64,000 bases of DNA from Candidatus Heimdallarchaeota archaeon (GCA_019058275.1 JAHLVW010000015.1:93943-157942); one strand, 5' to 3'. Positions 37,057 through 48,959 are shown, counted from the first letter of the stretch. The notes: a model not told the origin generated them from the letters alone. A program made the numbers and translations.

Positions 37057-38871
37057 ATGGAAGATGGTTTAGAAGAGATAATGAGTTTATACAAAGCTCG
37101 TAAATTTGAGGAGTGCTTGAATTCGGTTCTTGAGCTTGAAAAACAAAGCAATTTAAATGCTAATCAAAAAAAGAAAATTTCTGACTTTAAAATTCGATCA
37201 CTTATCAGATTGAATAAGTTTACTGAAGCTCATAGTATCATTGATCAAGCAATCAAGAAGTACTCAAAAAATAAAGATTGGGAAAATGTTCTTGAAAATT
37301 TAATCTCGAAAATTAGTATATTAAATGGAGAGTGGAAATTAAAAGAAACATTAGATGTAATTGATCAAGGAGAATCAATTTTAAAACAAATCAAAAAACT
37401 AACTGCAGGATTAATTGAGAGCAAGGGATGGTTATTATACTGGAAAGGTTTTATCCATCACTTTCTTTTTAAAACAAAGGAATCTATTGAATTTCTTCAT
37501 GAGTCATTAGATTTTGCAGAAAAAAATTCACTTAATGTTATTAGAGGCCAAACCTTACATTGGTTAGGTAATGGATATGGCACATTAGGGCAATATGATT
37601 TAGCTCTCAAATATAAAAAGCAAGCGCTAAAGTATTTCAAAGAGATAGGAGTTGATCTCAATGTTTTACACCTATTACACAACATTGGTATAACTTATGC
37701 TGAAAAAGGAGAATACAAAAAAACTAGAGAATATTTTAAAGAAAGATTCAAAATCACTGGCGAATACCCTCATGCCATAGCTGCCATTGGCGATAGTTAT
37801 TGGCGCGAAGAAGAATTGGAGAAAGGATTAGAATATATTGAACGTGGATTAGAAAAGCTTCAGGAGCAATTTAAAAGCATTGACAAAAATTTTATTGTTT
37901 CTTTTATACTTGCCAATTTACATTCTCGAATTGGAAAAATGGATGAAGCAATGGAATTATACAAGAAAACAATTGATCTTGCGAGTGTTTTTCCATGTCT
38001 AGCTACCATTGGTTTTAGCAATGTTGGTATTTCCACAGTTTATTTTTTCCGAGGAGAATTAGAAAAAGCATTAGAACATGCTAAAGAAGCATTAAGAATT
38101 TTAGAAGACATCGAAAATAGATATGGTATGAGTTGGGTACATTTTAGTATAATGAAAATATACCACGAGAAAAATGACTAGGAAAATGCTCTTTTACATG
38201 CACAAATTTGTTTAGATCTTCGAATGGCAATGGGGAATAAATAGGATATTGCACAAACACTGCGTTTTCTAATCACATTTTTATTAGAAAAAGAGAGCTA
38301 TGATGAAACAGATTCATATATGAAGCAACTTGAAGAAGTGGCATCAACAACTGATAATAGGATTGTAAGGCAAAATTGTCAACTTTCTGAAACATTAATA
38401 CTTAAATCAAAAGGTAGACCGAAATATTGGACACAAGCTATTGATATCTTAGAAAAAATAGTTAGTGAACCTATTGCAACTTACAATACTACTCTTGTTG
38501 CATTGATTAATTTATGTGAATTATTACTAAATGAATTCAGCATTTCTGGAGATGAGGAGGTATTAAACGATTTGCAAACACACACCAGTAGATTACTCGA
38601 TATTGCTCAGAAGCAGAACTCCTATACTTTAAGAGTTGAGGTTTATCATATTCGTATCATTACGTTATGGCTACAAGCACAACATACAAAGCTAGATATC
38701 AACATACAAAATGCATGTAGGTTGTTACAAGAAGCACGTGATCTAGCTGATTCACATGGATTGATTAAATTATCATCAAAAATCACTACTCAAAATGATA
38801 AGATGCTTGACCAGTTAGAAAATTGGGATGAATTCATAAGAAAATATTATGACTTTATCAAATCAAGCTAG
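37057..38871 (+). pseudogene. TPR-repeat protein interrupted by two in-frame TAG codons (38179, 38242)
   Basis: ORFs 37057-38181 and 38320-38871 share a frame and the TPR pattern continues across both stops. Confidence 0.8.
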
Positions 38872-39018
38872 TGATTTTATTTTAACAGAATTTTCCTTAG
38901 TTGATAAATAATAAATCAATATTAAAAATTGAAGTAGCCTTTTTCCTAAGTAGAAATAAATGATAGTTGTTATTGATGTACATTACTTAATTTTAGTTTA
39001 TTTAATTCCCAGGGGAAG

Positions 39019-40859
39019 CTTGTTGGAAGATCAATTGATTAAAGAACTATCAGAAATTGAGAAAGATATTAGTTGGCATAATTTCAGAATTGCACATGAT
39101 AAATTAGAAAAATTGAGTGAAAGAAAAAATCTACCAGAAGAAGTTTGGGTAAGAATTAAGCTTTTGAATAGTAGAAATTTAGAAGAATTTGATCCTGAGA
39201 TGAGATTGAAATTTGCAGAAGAAGCTTTGGTACAAAGTAAGGAATGAAATAATCAAGAAATGCTTTTAGATGGATTGATAGAAGTAGCTCGTTGTAAACA
39301 GCAATTAGCTTTATTTAATGAAAGTTTAGAAGTGATAGAAGAAGATGAGGAAATACTAAAGATAATAGAACAAATGGAAAACAGGGAACTGATTAAAAGA
39401 AGAATATTGTTGTTATATTACAAAGGAATTAATTTAGATAGATTGGCAGAATTAGATTTAGCTTTTGAAATCCTGACTAAGGGTAAAAATCTTGCAAAGA
39501 AAATAAATGAAATGAAATTATTAATGGATATTTATTATTGGATGAGTGTCCTCCTTTTGCATGCAGAGGATTATGAACATGGATTGAAATTAGCCTTCAA
39601 AGCAAAAGAAATTGCTATAGAAATTGAGCATAAAGTGAGCGAAGCGGAATGCAATCTTTTGATTGGATCTAATTATCAATGGACAGGTAAATATAGTAAA
39701 TCCTTGGAATTTTTCGAAGATGGTATTAAAATTCGTAAAATGCTCAATAAAAACTATAATGAGTTTAAATTTAGAATTGGATTAACTTATTTTTTTTTAT
39801 TGGAGAATTAGACAAAGCAATTGAAATGTTCCATGAAGCATCAAGTAAAATTGATAAAAAGAGCATAAATTACATGCTAAGAAGAAAGATGGATGGGAGG
39901 ATGCTTTAGTTGCATGGAAAAAAGGGGAGTTAGATGATGCTATCAAGTTCATGAAGAATTATATAGATATATGCAAATCCGTTTGAGATAAATATCACGC
40001 AAATCTAAACTCGATTTTTTTAGCTGCAATATATTTTGATAGCGGTAATATTGATTTAGCACTAGATATAACTCTCAAAGCACTTGAAAATTTACCTTTA
40101 AGTTCTCAAAACTATTCTATAAGTTTAGCTCAACAACTATTAGGGAAAATTTACCAAGTAAAAGGTGATTTTAACCTTGCATTAGATCATACACAAAAAA
40201 GCTTGAAAGTTCAAACAAAGATGGAAGTAACTCATCATCTTATAGAAACATTACTTCTATTAATCAGCATAGCTGTTGATAAGGGAGACATTAATTTAGC
40301 TAATAACTATTTAGAAAAACTTGGCAAAATTACAAAGAAAATTGAAAGTCTGTATTTCAACCAAACGTTCATTGTTAGGCAAGCAATAATTTTGAAAGCT
40401 AGTTCTAGACCTAAAAAATGGATTAAAGCAATTGAACTTTTAGAAGAAGTAATTACCGGTGATATAACGAATCATTCATTGACAGTTTTTGCAATGATAA
40501 ATCTATGCGAACTACTAATTAACGAATTCAGTATCTCTGGAGATACAGAAGTTCTACTCGAACTAGAGAAATACACTGAAACATTGACTAATATCGCAAA
40601 AAAGCAAAATTCTTACAATCTTAAAATAGAAGCAAACAACATTCGACTCCTTACACTTTGGCTGAAAGCACAGTTCTCCATTGTTGATACTGATATTCAA
40701 AAAGCAAAAGAACTTCTAGTAAAAGCTCGAGATATGGCTGATGAAGAAGGATTGCTTAGATTATCAGAAAAAATAACTCAACAACATGGAGCAAGGATTG
40801 CACGTATAGATCACTGGGATGAGTTTATCAAGAAATACTATGAATTCCTTAAGAACTAA
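39019..40859 (+). pseudogene. Paralogous TPR-repeat protein, disrupted
   Basis: In-frame TGA at 39245 and 39984, frameshift at the T9 run 39790-39798 and a second near 39890; C-terminus (NLCELL.NEFSISGD..WDEFI.KYY.F.K) nearly identical to the preceding gene. Confidence 0.8.
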
Positions 40860-42076
40860 ATTATTAATTCTTCAATGTCTACTTTTCGTTTCTTTAAAGA
40901 TAAATCAGCTACCAGAAACTTGGTTTCATCATATAATTCTACTTCTTTTAAATCTAAGCTTTTTGCTGCAGCAATCCGACCAATTGCATCTGCTTTCATG
41001 ATTCCTGAACCTGAAGTCCCACTCATCCATTGAATGTTAGATACTTTTTCAATAACTGGATTCTTGTCAGGCCAATAATATGCATAATAACCAGCCCATT
41101 TAGAAAAGAGACTATAATCTTCTAGCTGCGGAAAATAATGATTTAAAACTGGTTCAATAACATGTTTGAAGTAATCTTCCTCTGCAGCAGGTGGATAAGT
41201 ATCTATTTGATATGGGTTACCTAGCTCATTCGCACACCCAACCATTATCAAGCTGTTTTGAAGAACGGGTTTTATATACACTCCACTGGAAGGCAGAACA
41301 AGTATTGGAATCCTCTTTTTAATATCAAGAGCATTCTGATCTGGTTTAACTCTTAATGTGAACATCTGACGTTTTTGAGGATAAATTTGGGAAGCAATTC
41401 CATAAGGAGCTAATAGAGAGTGTGTCCATGCGCCTGTAGCAAAAATATAGTCCTCAGCAAAGTAGTCTACACCGTTATGATCAGTTATTGATTCAATATT
41501 GATATCTGTCCAGGGTGGATAAAAACGATCTTTCTCTGTTAAATTAATTTCTTTTATTTCTGCAAGAATTTGTATCTCTTCACCTAATTTCACAAATTGT
41601 GCTGCATAGTATCTAGCTAATTTTATTGCAGATAGAGAACCACACCGATGACCAAAAAGAATACACTTAACTTCACTAAATTCATTAGATTGTGTGGTAT
41701 TTATCCTAAGGTTTTGGGGAATATCTTTAACTGATAAAATTTCGAACCGGTCTTTCTTTTCATCAAGCTTATTTAATCCTGCCTTTGCCTTTTTATAATC
41801 ATCTCGAGATAACATCCAGAAATAATCAAGCTCTTTCAGACTAATTTTATCTGCGATACTTTCATATTAGCTTATCGAGCTATTAGCCAACACCTGACTT
41901 GTTTTAGAAGAAAAGAGATTCTTATACAATGCAGCACTTTTGGAAGTGTTTGCCATAGCAACTTTGTCATTTTTATCAATGAGTAATATTTTCTTTTTTG
42001 TAGATAAATGTTTCAACTGGTATGCTATACTTGCTCCAATAACTCCTGCTCCAATTATTATTGTATCGTACTTCAT
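40856..42076 (-). pseudogene. FAD-dependent oxidoreductase (DAO/sarcosine oxidase beta family) with in-frame TAA at 41867-41869
   Basis: YDTIIIGAGVIG N-terminus and GSGIMKADAIGR C-terminus in one frame: SSIS*YESIADK. Confidence 0.8.
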
Positions 42077-42154
42077 GAAGTATCACTTAATGAACTATGA
42101 ATTGTACTTAAAATAATATTTCTAGTTAAAATATGAAATAAAAAGAAATAAGGA

Positions 42155-42172
42155 GAAGGAATAAATTCCTTC
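42155..42172 (-). terminator. Hairpin + U-rich tract ending the kor-hdr-mvh-tfr operon
   Basis: GAAGGAAT-TT-ATTCCTTC then TCCTTATTTCTTTTTATTTC. Confidence 0.5.
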
Positions 42173-42178
42173 GAAAAT

Positions 42179-43831
42179 TTATATTAAGAAATCAGTTGGT
42201 AAAACTCTATCTTTGTGTTTGGCTTCTGTGTAATCTGGGAAGAGTATTGGAGATGGTGGGTTCTTAACTTTATGCTCATCACAGAATGCATTGTATTGAC
42301 TAATATGAGCAAGTGTTAGTTTACCTAAAGTAACTTTACCTATTTTCTTAGCTGCTGAAATACCAGCAGTACGACCAAAGACACTAATTTCTAACAAACT
42401 ATTACCCATCAAACGGTTGCTTCCATGTGTTCCACCACAAACTTCACCAGCAGCATAAAGATTCTTCATCTTTGTCTCAGCATTTTCATTAATTGCTAAG
42501 CCACCATTTTGATAATGAAGTGTAGGATAAATTAGGAGCGGATCTTTAATCATGTCAACTCCAAATCGTCCAAATTGTTTAACCATTGCAGAGAAGTTCT
42601 TTTCTATGGTTCCTTCACCATGAAGGAGTTCTATTAAAGGTGAATCTAACCATAGACCATGTTGACCTGTGGGAGTGATTATACCATTGTTCTTACCAAA
42701 ACATTCACGAATGAGTAAACTGGCTTCAACATCTCTTGTTTCCAATGGGAAGCAGAATTGTTCACCGTTTTTATTTAATACTTGAGCACCCTTTCCTCTA
42801 ACTTTTTCAGTTACAAGTAAACCTACAATTTGCTCAGGGAAAGCAGCTCCAGTAGGATGGTATTGAACTGATTTCATTAGTTTCAATGGAACACCAGCAC
42901 GGTAACCCATTATGCATCCATCAAAAGTAGCGCCATAGTGATTTGTTGTTGGGAATCCTTGAATGTGTAGACGTCCAAAACCGCCAGTGGTAAGAATAGT
43001 AGCTTTTGCTCTAACTACAATATACTCTTTGCTGTCAAGATTTAGCAAGACAACACCAGCAACCTGACCGGTTTCATCTTTTATTAATTCAACTGCTGGA
43101 GAGAATTCAAGAACTTTGATGTTATTATTGAAGACTTCATCACGCAATGTTTTCATTATTTCTGCGCCAGTAAAGTCTTTAGCGAAATGCATTCTCTTCC
43201 TAGAGGTACCACCTCCATGAATCGCATCCATGGTTCCATCGTCGAATTTGTCAAACATCATTCCTAATTCTTCATACCATTTCAAGATAAGAGGAGCATC
43301 TCTTACAAGTCTTCTGACTAGTGGAGGTTCATTCTCATAGTGTCCACCACCGAAAGCATCTAAATAATGGATAGCTGGATTATCTACTGATCTAACTGCT
43401 GCTTGGATACCGCCTTGAGCCATAGTAGTGTTTGAATCTCCCATTCTTAGTTTAGTAACGATTAAGATATTTTCGGGTTTCACACCACTTTTCATTGCCC
43501 ATAAAGCAGCATTTGCACCAGCACCGCCACCACCGACAATCAGGATATCAGTGTCGAAATCGATTTTCTTCAAATCAATTGCTTTAGGATTAAGAACAGA
43601 TTTCGTTTCTACGATTTTAGCTACTTCAAGAGGAACAACTTCACCTTTGGATATACCAAAACGAAGTTTAGTTTTTTGTTCTTTTATGAAATCAGGATGG
43701 AAATTATTCAAAACATCAGTGATTTCATCAGGTGAACAATGGTCTATGGTTTCTTTTGCTCGTTTGTCTCGAGTTTTCTCTACTTTGTTAATTGATTCAC
43801 GCATATAATCTGGATAAGGATCTACTGTCAT
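42179..43831 (-). CDS. tfrA: Fumarate reductase/succinate dehydrogenase-type flavoprotein (TfrA-like, non-covalent FAD)
   Basis: GGGGAG, SNTTMAQGG (Asn where SdhA has the FAD-linked His), QYHPTG, TEKVRG, TRD, HYQNGG, HGSNRLMGNSL. Confidence 0.8.
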   Translation of the reverse strand: MTVDPYPDYMRESINKVEKTRDKRAKETIDHCSPDEITDVLNNFHPDFIKEQKTKLRFGISKGEVVPLEVAKIVETKSVLNPKAIDLKKIDFDTDILIVGGGGAGANAALWAMKSGVKPENILIVTKLRMGDSNTTMAQGGIQAAVRSVDNPAIHYLDAFGGGHYENEPPLVRRLVRDAPLILKWYEELGMMFDKFDDGTMDAIHGGGTSRKRMHFAKDFTGAEIMKTLRDEVFNNNIKVLEFSPAVELIKDETGQVAGVVLLNLDSKEYIVVRAKATILTTGGFGRLHIQGFPTTNHYGATFDGCIMGYRAGVPLKLMKSVQYHPTGAAFPEQIVGLLVTEKVRGKGAQVLNKNGEQFCFPLETRDVEASLLIRECFGKNNGIITPTGQHGLWLDSPLIELLHGEGTIEKNFSAMVKQFGRFGVDMIKDPLLIYPTLHYQNGGLAINENAETKMKNLYAAGEVCGGTHGSNRLMGNSLLEISVFGRTAGISAAKKIGKVTLGKLTLAHISQYNAFCDEHKVKNPPSPILFPDYTEAKHKDRVLPTDFLI

Positions 43832-43852
43832 TTTCTTGCACCTCAGTTCCTC

Positions 43853-44545
43853 TTAGTCTTTCTCCCGCACTCTAGCATTGTAGAGTTTAGCAATTTGCTT
43901 TTTCTCAGCTTTCATCATTTTATCAATTTCAGCATCATATATGCCTTTTTCAACTTCCTTCACTCGTTTGTCTAGTTGCTTGTATTTTGGAGCAATGTAT
44001 CTTCCATATAATCTTCGAGCAAGAATGCCAACATTGAATTGAGAGATTTCTGCTGGGCATCTGGTTGCACATAAACCACACATTATACAATCAAAGCTTA
44101 GAATAGCTGCTTGTGCGATGTCTCCTCGCAAAGCTGCTTGGACATAATCCATAACTTCAATATCCATTGGGCAAGCTTTTGTGCAAGTATTGCAGGATAT
44201 ACATTTAGCAATTTCTGGATAATACTCTAGCATGGTGTTTGGTTCTGCTTTTAATGCTTCAATATCGTATTGTTTTTTGTTTGCAGGACTAATAGGTATC
44301 TGAGCAATCAACATACCATCTTCTACTTTGGTAGCACAAGCTAACCCTGTGTATAACTTATGATCACCCTGTAACCTATAGATTGTACTGCAGGCTCCAC
44401 AAAAACCTCCACGACAACCAACACCACGATCTAGTCTCCAACCAAGATACTCTAGTGCTTTCATTATCGTAAGATTAGAAGGAACCTCATATTCCGTATT
44501 TGCAACAATAATTTTTACTAATTTATGTTTGATTTCGGTTGCCAT
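43853..44545 (-). CDS. tfrB: Fumarate reductase Fe-S subunit (2Fe-2S + two 4Fe-4S; TfrB N-terminal-like, no CCG domain)
   Basis: GCRGGFCGAC..LAC, CISCNTCTKACP, CIMCGLCATRCP. Confidence 0.75.
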   Translation of the reverse strand: MATEIKHKLVKIIVANTEYEVPSNLTIMKALEYLGWRLDRGVGCRGGFCGACSTIYRLQGDHKLYTGLACATKVEDGMLIAQIPISPANKKQYDIEALKAEPNTMLEYYPEIAKCISCNTCTKACPMDIEVMDYVQAALRGDIAQAAILSFDCIMCGLCATRCPAEISQFNVGILARRLYGRYIAPKYKQLDKRVKEVEKGIYDAEIDKMMKAEKKQIAKLYNARVREKD

Positions 44546-44555
44546 TTCTGCTACC

Positions 44556-45476
44556 TCATTTTTTTGCTTTCACGGGAACTATCGCAGCTGTTCCCAATAA
44601 CTTCCGTTTCTTTAAGACGGGAGTAGGATCGACATAATGTTCTTTAAAACCTAAATCCTTTGGATCAGCACCTAAAGCTAGAGCCATTAATTGAGTGAAG
44701 TATACTATAGGAACTTCAGGAAGTGATGAATTCAACTCTCTGGCCTCTTTTTGGCGTTGATCTAAATTGAATTGACATAATGGACAGGAAACCATTATGA
44801 TATCAACATCTTTTCTAGCCATCGAACCAATTATCTTGTTTGTTCGATCAGCAACTAGATGCTTATCTTTAACTGTAAGGTAAGAACCACAACATTCGCT
44901 CATGTATGGTGCTTCTACTGCTTCACCACCAAGAGCGAAGATCAAATCAGAAAGAATTGATGGTTTTTCAGGATTTTCATCAATTGTCACTTCTGTAGGT
45001 CGTAAAAGAGTACATCCATAATAGGGAGCTATTTTCAGTCCTTTTAATGGATTAGTAATTTTTCCTCGTATTTTTGTGATGCCAATTCTTTCTTTTATGA
45101 TATCAAGCATATGTAAAACCTTGACATCACCTTTATAATCCTCTTCTTCGTACATGAAAGCGTTTAATCGAGACGCTTTTTCTTCATCATTTTGAAATAA
45201 CAAATTTGCTCGCTTCAGTGTATTATAACACATTGAACATGTAGTAGTAACTTCAGAGAATCCATCTTCTCTGGTACGAATCATATTCCTTATTGGAGCT
45301 AATTGACTTGTGAGATTGTCATCAGCTAAACCAAAAAAGGTACCACAACAAGTCCACCGTGATAACTCTACTAACTCAATACCAAATTCCTTCATAACTG
45401 AACGAGTTGTTGAGTCCATATATTTGGCATATGATTTTGCTGTGCAACCTGGATAATAAGCTATTCTTTTGGTCAT
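44556..45476 (-). CDS. hdrB: Heterodisulfide reductase subunit B
   Basis: YYPGC..CCG..CSMC and YYGC..CCG..CPLC (two CCG domains). Confidence 0.92.
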   Translation of the reverse strand: MTKRIAYYPGCTAKSYAKYMDSTTRSVMKEFGIELVELSRWTCCGTFFGLADDNLTSQLAPIRNMIRTREDGFSEVTTTCSMCYNTLKRANLLFQNDEEKASRLNAFMYEEEDYKGDVKVLHMLDIIKERIGITKIRGKITNPLKGLKIAPYYGCTLLRPTEVTIDENPEKPSILSDLIFALGGEAVEAPYMSECCGSYLTVKDKHLVADRTNKIIGSMARKDVDIIMVSCPLCQFNLDQRQKEARELNSSLPEVPIVYFTQLMALALGADPKDLGFKEHYVDPTPVLKKRKLLGTAAIVPVKAKK

Positions 45477-45494
45477 TTGTATCTTTGCTCCATT

Positions 45495-45911
45495 CTATGA
45501 TGTTTGTTTCTTGAAGCTACTGATCAAAGCTATTTGTGGTAGAACTTCAAGTTCCTCTTTTGTTAATGCCTCGAGTTCTACATATCGTTTCTTTGAACGT
45601 AAAGAGATTTCTCGTAATGATTCCATAACTTTTGCAATGTCTATTCCTTTTGGACACCTTGCACTACAAACTAAACACGAGGAACAAATCCAATAGGTAT
45701 TTACGTCTAACACTGATTCATCGCCTAGTTGTATCTTATGTATCACTTGATTCGGCAGAAGATCCATTACTGCAGCTTCGGGACAGCCACCAGAACATTC
45801 ACCACATTGATAGCATATTTGTATGTCATCACCTGCTAGTTCCATGACTTTTTCCCTGAAACGAATGTTTTTCTCGCTTTTTGTTAATTTAACAAAGGAC
45901 ATTTCTTTCAC
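45495..45911 (-). CDS. hdrC: Heterodisulfide reductase subunit C
   Basis: CYQCGECSGGCP, WICSSCLVCSARCPKGIDI..VMESLR. Confidence 0.92.
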   Translation of the reverse strand: MKEMSFVKLTKSEKNIRFREKVMELAGDDIQICYQCGECSGGCPEAAVMDLLPNQVIHKIQLGDESVLDVNTYWICSSCLVCSARCPKGIDIAKVMESLREISLRSKKRYVELEALTKEELEVLPQIALISSFKKQTS

Positions 45912-45929
45912 TCCAAACTTTATCTTTAA

Positions 45930-46460
45930 TTATTCTTGGTTATTTTTAGGTAATATTTTCGTGAGTTCTTCCTCAACCATAGCTACTGCTTTTGGAATAG
46001 CTTTTGCTACTTTTTCTGATAGTGATTCACTAAATTCATTGAAATTTTCTGCTTCAATTCCGATGATAATTACTTCATCAGGTAATTTTTCCGGACCAAG
46101 CTCCTTTTTTAGAACTGCATAGGCTGTTGCCAAATTACAATCATGAGCACAATACATACGCTTAGTTTTACCGAAATCATTAATTGTCAGTCTATGAACT
46201 GCTCCTGGAGTGCCATTATCCAAAGCTAAAGCATCAATCATTATGACTTTTTTATAGCCAACGAATCTCTCCGCTAAGCTTAATCCTCCTGTTGATAGAT
46301 CATCAAACTCTAAATCAGAAATGTTTGAATATTTCTTCCGAAGCTCTTCTAAAACATGAATACCAACTCCATCATCACTTAGAATGGGATTGCCAACGCC
46401 AAGAATGAGTGTCTTAGCGTCACTAGTTTTATTGAAAATTTGAGAAGAATATCCATTCAT
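45930..46460 (-). CDS. Hydrogenase maturation protease
   Basis: LGVGNPILSDDGVG, IDA, AH motifs. Confidence 0.92.
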   Translation of the reverse strand: MNGYSSQIFNKTSDAKTLILGVGNPILSDDGVGIHVLEELRKKYSNISDLEFDDLSTGGLSLAERFVGYKKVIMIDALALDNGTPGAVHRLTINDFGKTKRMYCAHDCNLATAYAVLKKELGPEKLPDEVIIIGIEAENFNEFSESLSEKVAKAIPKAVAMVEEELTKILPKNNQE

Positions 46461-47917
46461 TGCCTTCTAACCACATCCTTTAATTTACGTTCTTTATCGA
46501 AGATTTTAACTTCCAGAGGTAAGCTTCCATGTGGTGTGTGTGTTGAACAAGCTAGACAAGGATCATAGGATCTAAAAGCCATTTCCACCATGTTAAGTAT
46601 GACTTCATTTTCATAATTACCATTCTTTATTACTTGTTTTGCTACTTCTCTGACACTAATGTTTATTGGTGCGATGTTATGAGTAGTTGCAACTATTAGG
46701 TTTACTTTAGTCATCATAGCATTTTCATCTACAGTGTAATCATGAATCAATGTTCCTCTTGGTGCTTCAACAATACCAATGCCTCTTCCACCAATTGGTC
46801 CTTCTGGAATTACTCGATATTCATTGTTAGTTATGTAAGGCTTCTTAGCAATTTCGACCATAATTTCAGCTGCATTTAACATTTCCACTAGTCGTACCCA
46901 ATTTGATACAAGTTGAAGATGACAAGGTTTACCAACTGTATCAACAATTTTCTTTTTAGCTTTTTGTGCGAGTGGAGTGGAGTATTCACCAACATTAAAC
47001 CTAGCAAGTGGTCCTACACTGTAAACACCACTATCAGCACCAGACTCAAAACCTTTCCAACCTATTTTTCGAACAAAGGTTTGTTTTGATGTGCACCAAG
47101 GTTCACAATGCTCACTAATATGTTCATAATATTTGTCAGATGAAAAACGAACAATCTCTTCACCATCTGGATTTACGATTACTTGTTCGCCTTCATAATA
47201 ATCAATATGCCCTTTATCGTTAACAGTACCCATATAGTTGTAAGCATTTTTGTAAATTTTTCCAACAACTAAATCCAAGATTTGCTTATTTGCTAGAATT
47301 GTATCAAACCAATCAAGGACTAATTGGGAAAACTTAACCAAAGCTTCTGAGCGTTCTAATATTTCTTTGCGTTTTTCTTCTGCGAGTTTAAATGACATTC
47401 CACCAGGAATTGCAGTTACTGGGTGAGTGGATCTTCCACCTAAAATTTGTTGAATTACATAAGAATGATTTCTTCCTTCTAGTGCTTTAACTGTAAAATC
47501 TTTATCAGCATGTAAAATTCCAAGCAGGTTACGCTCAGCAGGATGTGCATCAGGACCTAAAACAAAGTCTGGACCAGCTAGTGCAAAGAAATGCGCTGAA
47601 TGAGAATACCAAATATGAGCAACACATGCTAATTTTCTTAGATCTTCACCAGTTTTTGGTGGTTCTACATGAAATGCTTTGTCTAGAGCTTTAGCACTAG
47701 CAATGTGATGCGGCCATGGACAAACACCACAAATCCTAGAGACAATTCGAGGCATTTCCTCTGCAGCTCTACCAATGCAGAACTTTTCGAATCCTCTGTA
47801 TTCAGTTACTTGGAAGTAAGCGTCTTCCGCATTACCCTTATCGTCTAGGAAAATTGAAATTTTTGCTTCTCCTTCCAATCGAGATACAGGATTTATTTCT
47901 ATTGTTTTTTTAACCAT
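46457..47917 (-). CDS. mvhA: [NiFe] hydrogenase group 3c large subunit
   Basis: SRLEG, RGFEKF, RICGVCPWPH (L1), EAPRGTLIHDY, RSYDPCLACSTH (L2) + cleavable tail. Confidence 0.95.
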   Translation of the reverse strand: MVKKTIEINPVSRLEGEAKISIFLDDKGNAEDAYFQVTEYRGFEKFCIGRAAEEMPRIVSRICGVCPWPHHIASAKALDKAFHVEPPKTGEDLRKLACVAHIWYSHSAHFFALAGPDFVLGPDAHPAERNLLGILHADKDFTVKALEGRNHSYVIQQILGGRSTHPVTAIPGGMSFKLAEEKRKEILERSEALVKFSQLVLDWFDTILANKQILDLVVGKIYKNAYNYMGTVNDKGHIDYYEGEQVIVNPDGEEIVRFSSDKYYEHISEHCEPWCTSKQTFVRKIGWKGFESGADSGVYSVGPLARFNVGEYSTPLAQKAKKKIVDTVGKPCHLQLVSNWVRLVEMLNAAEIMVEIAKKPYITNNEYRVIPEGPIGGRGIGIVEAPRGTLIHDYTVDENAMMTKVNLIVATTHNIAPINISVREVAKQVIKNGNYENEVILNMVEMAFRSYDPCLACSTHTPHGSLPLEVKIFDKERKLKDVVRRQ

Positions 47918-47935
47918 TTTATTTCCTCCATTCTC

Positions 47936-48958
47936 TCATTTGGTTGAATCTGATTTCTCCTCTTTAGCTTTCTTTTGCTTTAGATGCATTAAAATTTGAG
48001 GAACAGCAAATCGATAGAATGTACCAAAGGGGTCAACTACCTGATCCACAAGTTTCTTCAATCCAGCTTCTCCAAGTTCATCTTCTTTCTTAGCTCCAGC
48101 AATTGATGCTATAGCAGAAAGCATTTTCAAACCAGGATTATCTACTTCGGGTGCAGGACCAAAACAACCTCTACAAGGCATATTGGCATCTCCAGTGCAC
48201 TGATTACCACAACCAGCTCTTGTAGCTGGTCCCATACAGATAAGTCCTTGAGCAAGTAGACATATTTTAGGATCTGGATTAATCTCATATGGTCTAAAGA
48301 ATTTATTGATGACAATTTCATCAGGTTTTTCTCGACCACATTCTTCACACCGGGCTTTATCGCCTGCAACCACTGTTCCTTTAGGTGGTAATTCACCATT
48401 TTTAATAAAGTTGGTAATTATATCAATGAGAACTAACCATTGATCACGAACAGGTGGACATCCTGGAACATAGTAATCAACATCTACTTCTGCGGAAAGT
48501 GGCATACAAGAGTCTAACAGCTTTGGTAAAGTCATTTTTCTTCCTTTTTTGTATTCAGATGAAGTACGCATATGGTTTGGACCAGAATCATCCATATTAT
48601 AGCCATGGGCATAAGCCTCATCAAGTAATTCAGAAGCAGTAAATGGATTAGCCAATTGAGGGATTCCACCGAAACATGAACATGCTCCATAGGCGATTAG
48701 TACCTTACTCTTCTTTCTGAACAAATGAGCTAATTCAGCATGTTCAGAAGTTCTTATTGGACCATGATATAGTGTAATGTCAATTTCATTGTCTTTAAGA
48801 GCTTTAACATTTTTTATCTTAAAGTCAGCAGCTAATTGCCAATATTGAAGCTCAATTGCTTCATCTATTGGAATCAGTAGCTCATTTAAATCAACAATAG
48901 ACATATCACAACCTCCGCAGTATGATCCTGCAGCAACTGCTAGTTTTATTTTAGTCAT
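47936..48958 (-). CDS. mvhG: [NiFe] hydrogenase group 3c small subunit
   Basis: CGGC, GACSCFGG, PGCPP, CLLAQGLICMGPATRAGC..C..PCRGCFG. Confidence 0.93.
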   Translation of the reverse strand: MTKIKLAVAAGSYCGGCDMSIVDLNELLIPIDEAIELQYWQLAADFKIKNVKALKDNEIDITLYHGPIRTSEHAELAHLFRKKSKVLIAYGACSCFGGIPQLANPFTASELLDEAYAHGYNMDDSGPNHMRTSSEYKKGRKMTLPKLLDSCMPLSAEVDVDYYVPGCPPVRDQWLVLIDIITNFIKNGELPPKGTVVAGDKARCEECGREKPDEIVINKFFRPYEINPDPKICLLAQGLICMGPATRAGCGNQCTGDANMPCRGCFGPAPEVDNPGLKMLSAIASIAGAKKEDELGEAGLKKLVDQVVDPFGTFYRFAVPQILMHLKQKKAKEEKSDSTK

Positions 48959-48959
48959 G

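Noticed and set aside
37057-38871. Amber (pyrrolysine or other) recoding suggested by two in-frame TAGs in one gene
   Set aside because: TAG ends many intact genes here (2403, 8965, 12532, 24867, 36909), neighbouring genes carry TGA, TAA and frameshift lesions, and no pyl genes are in the window
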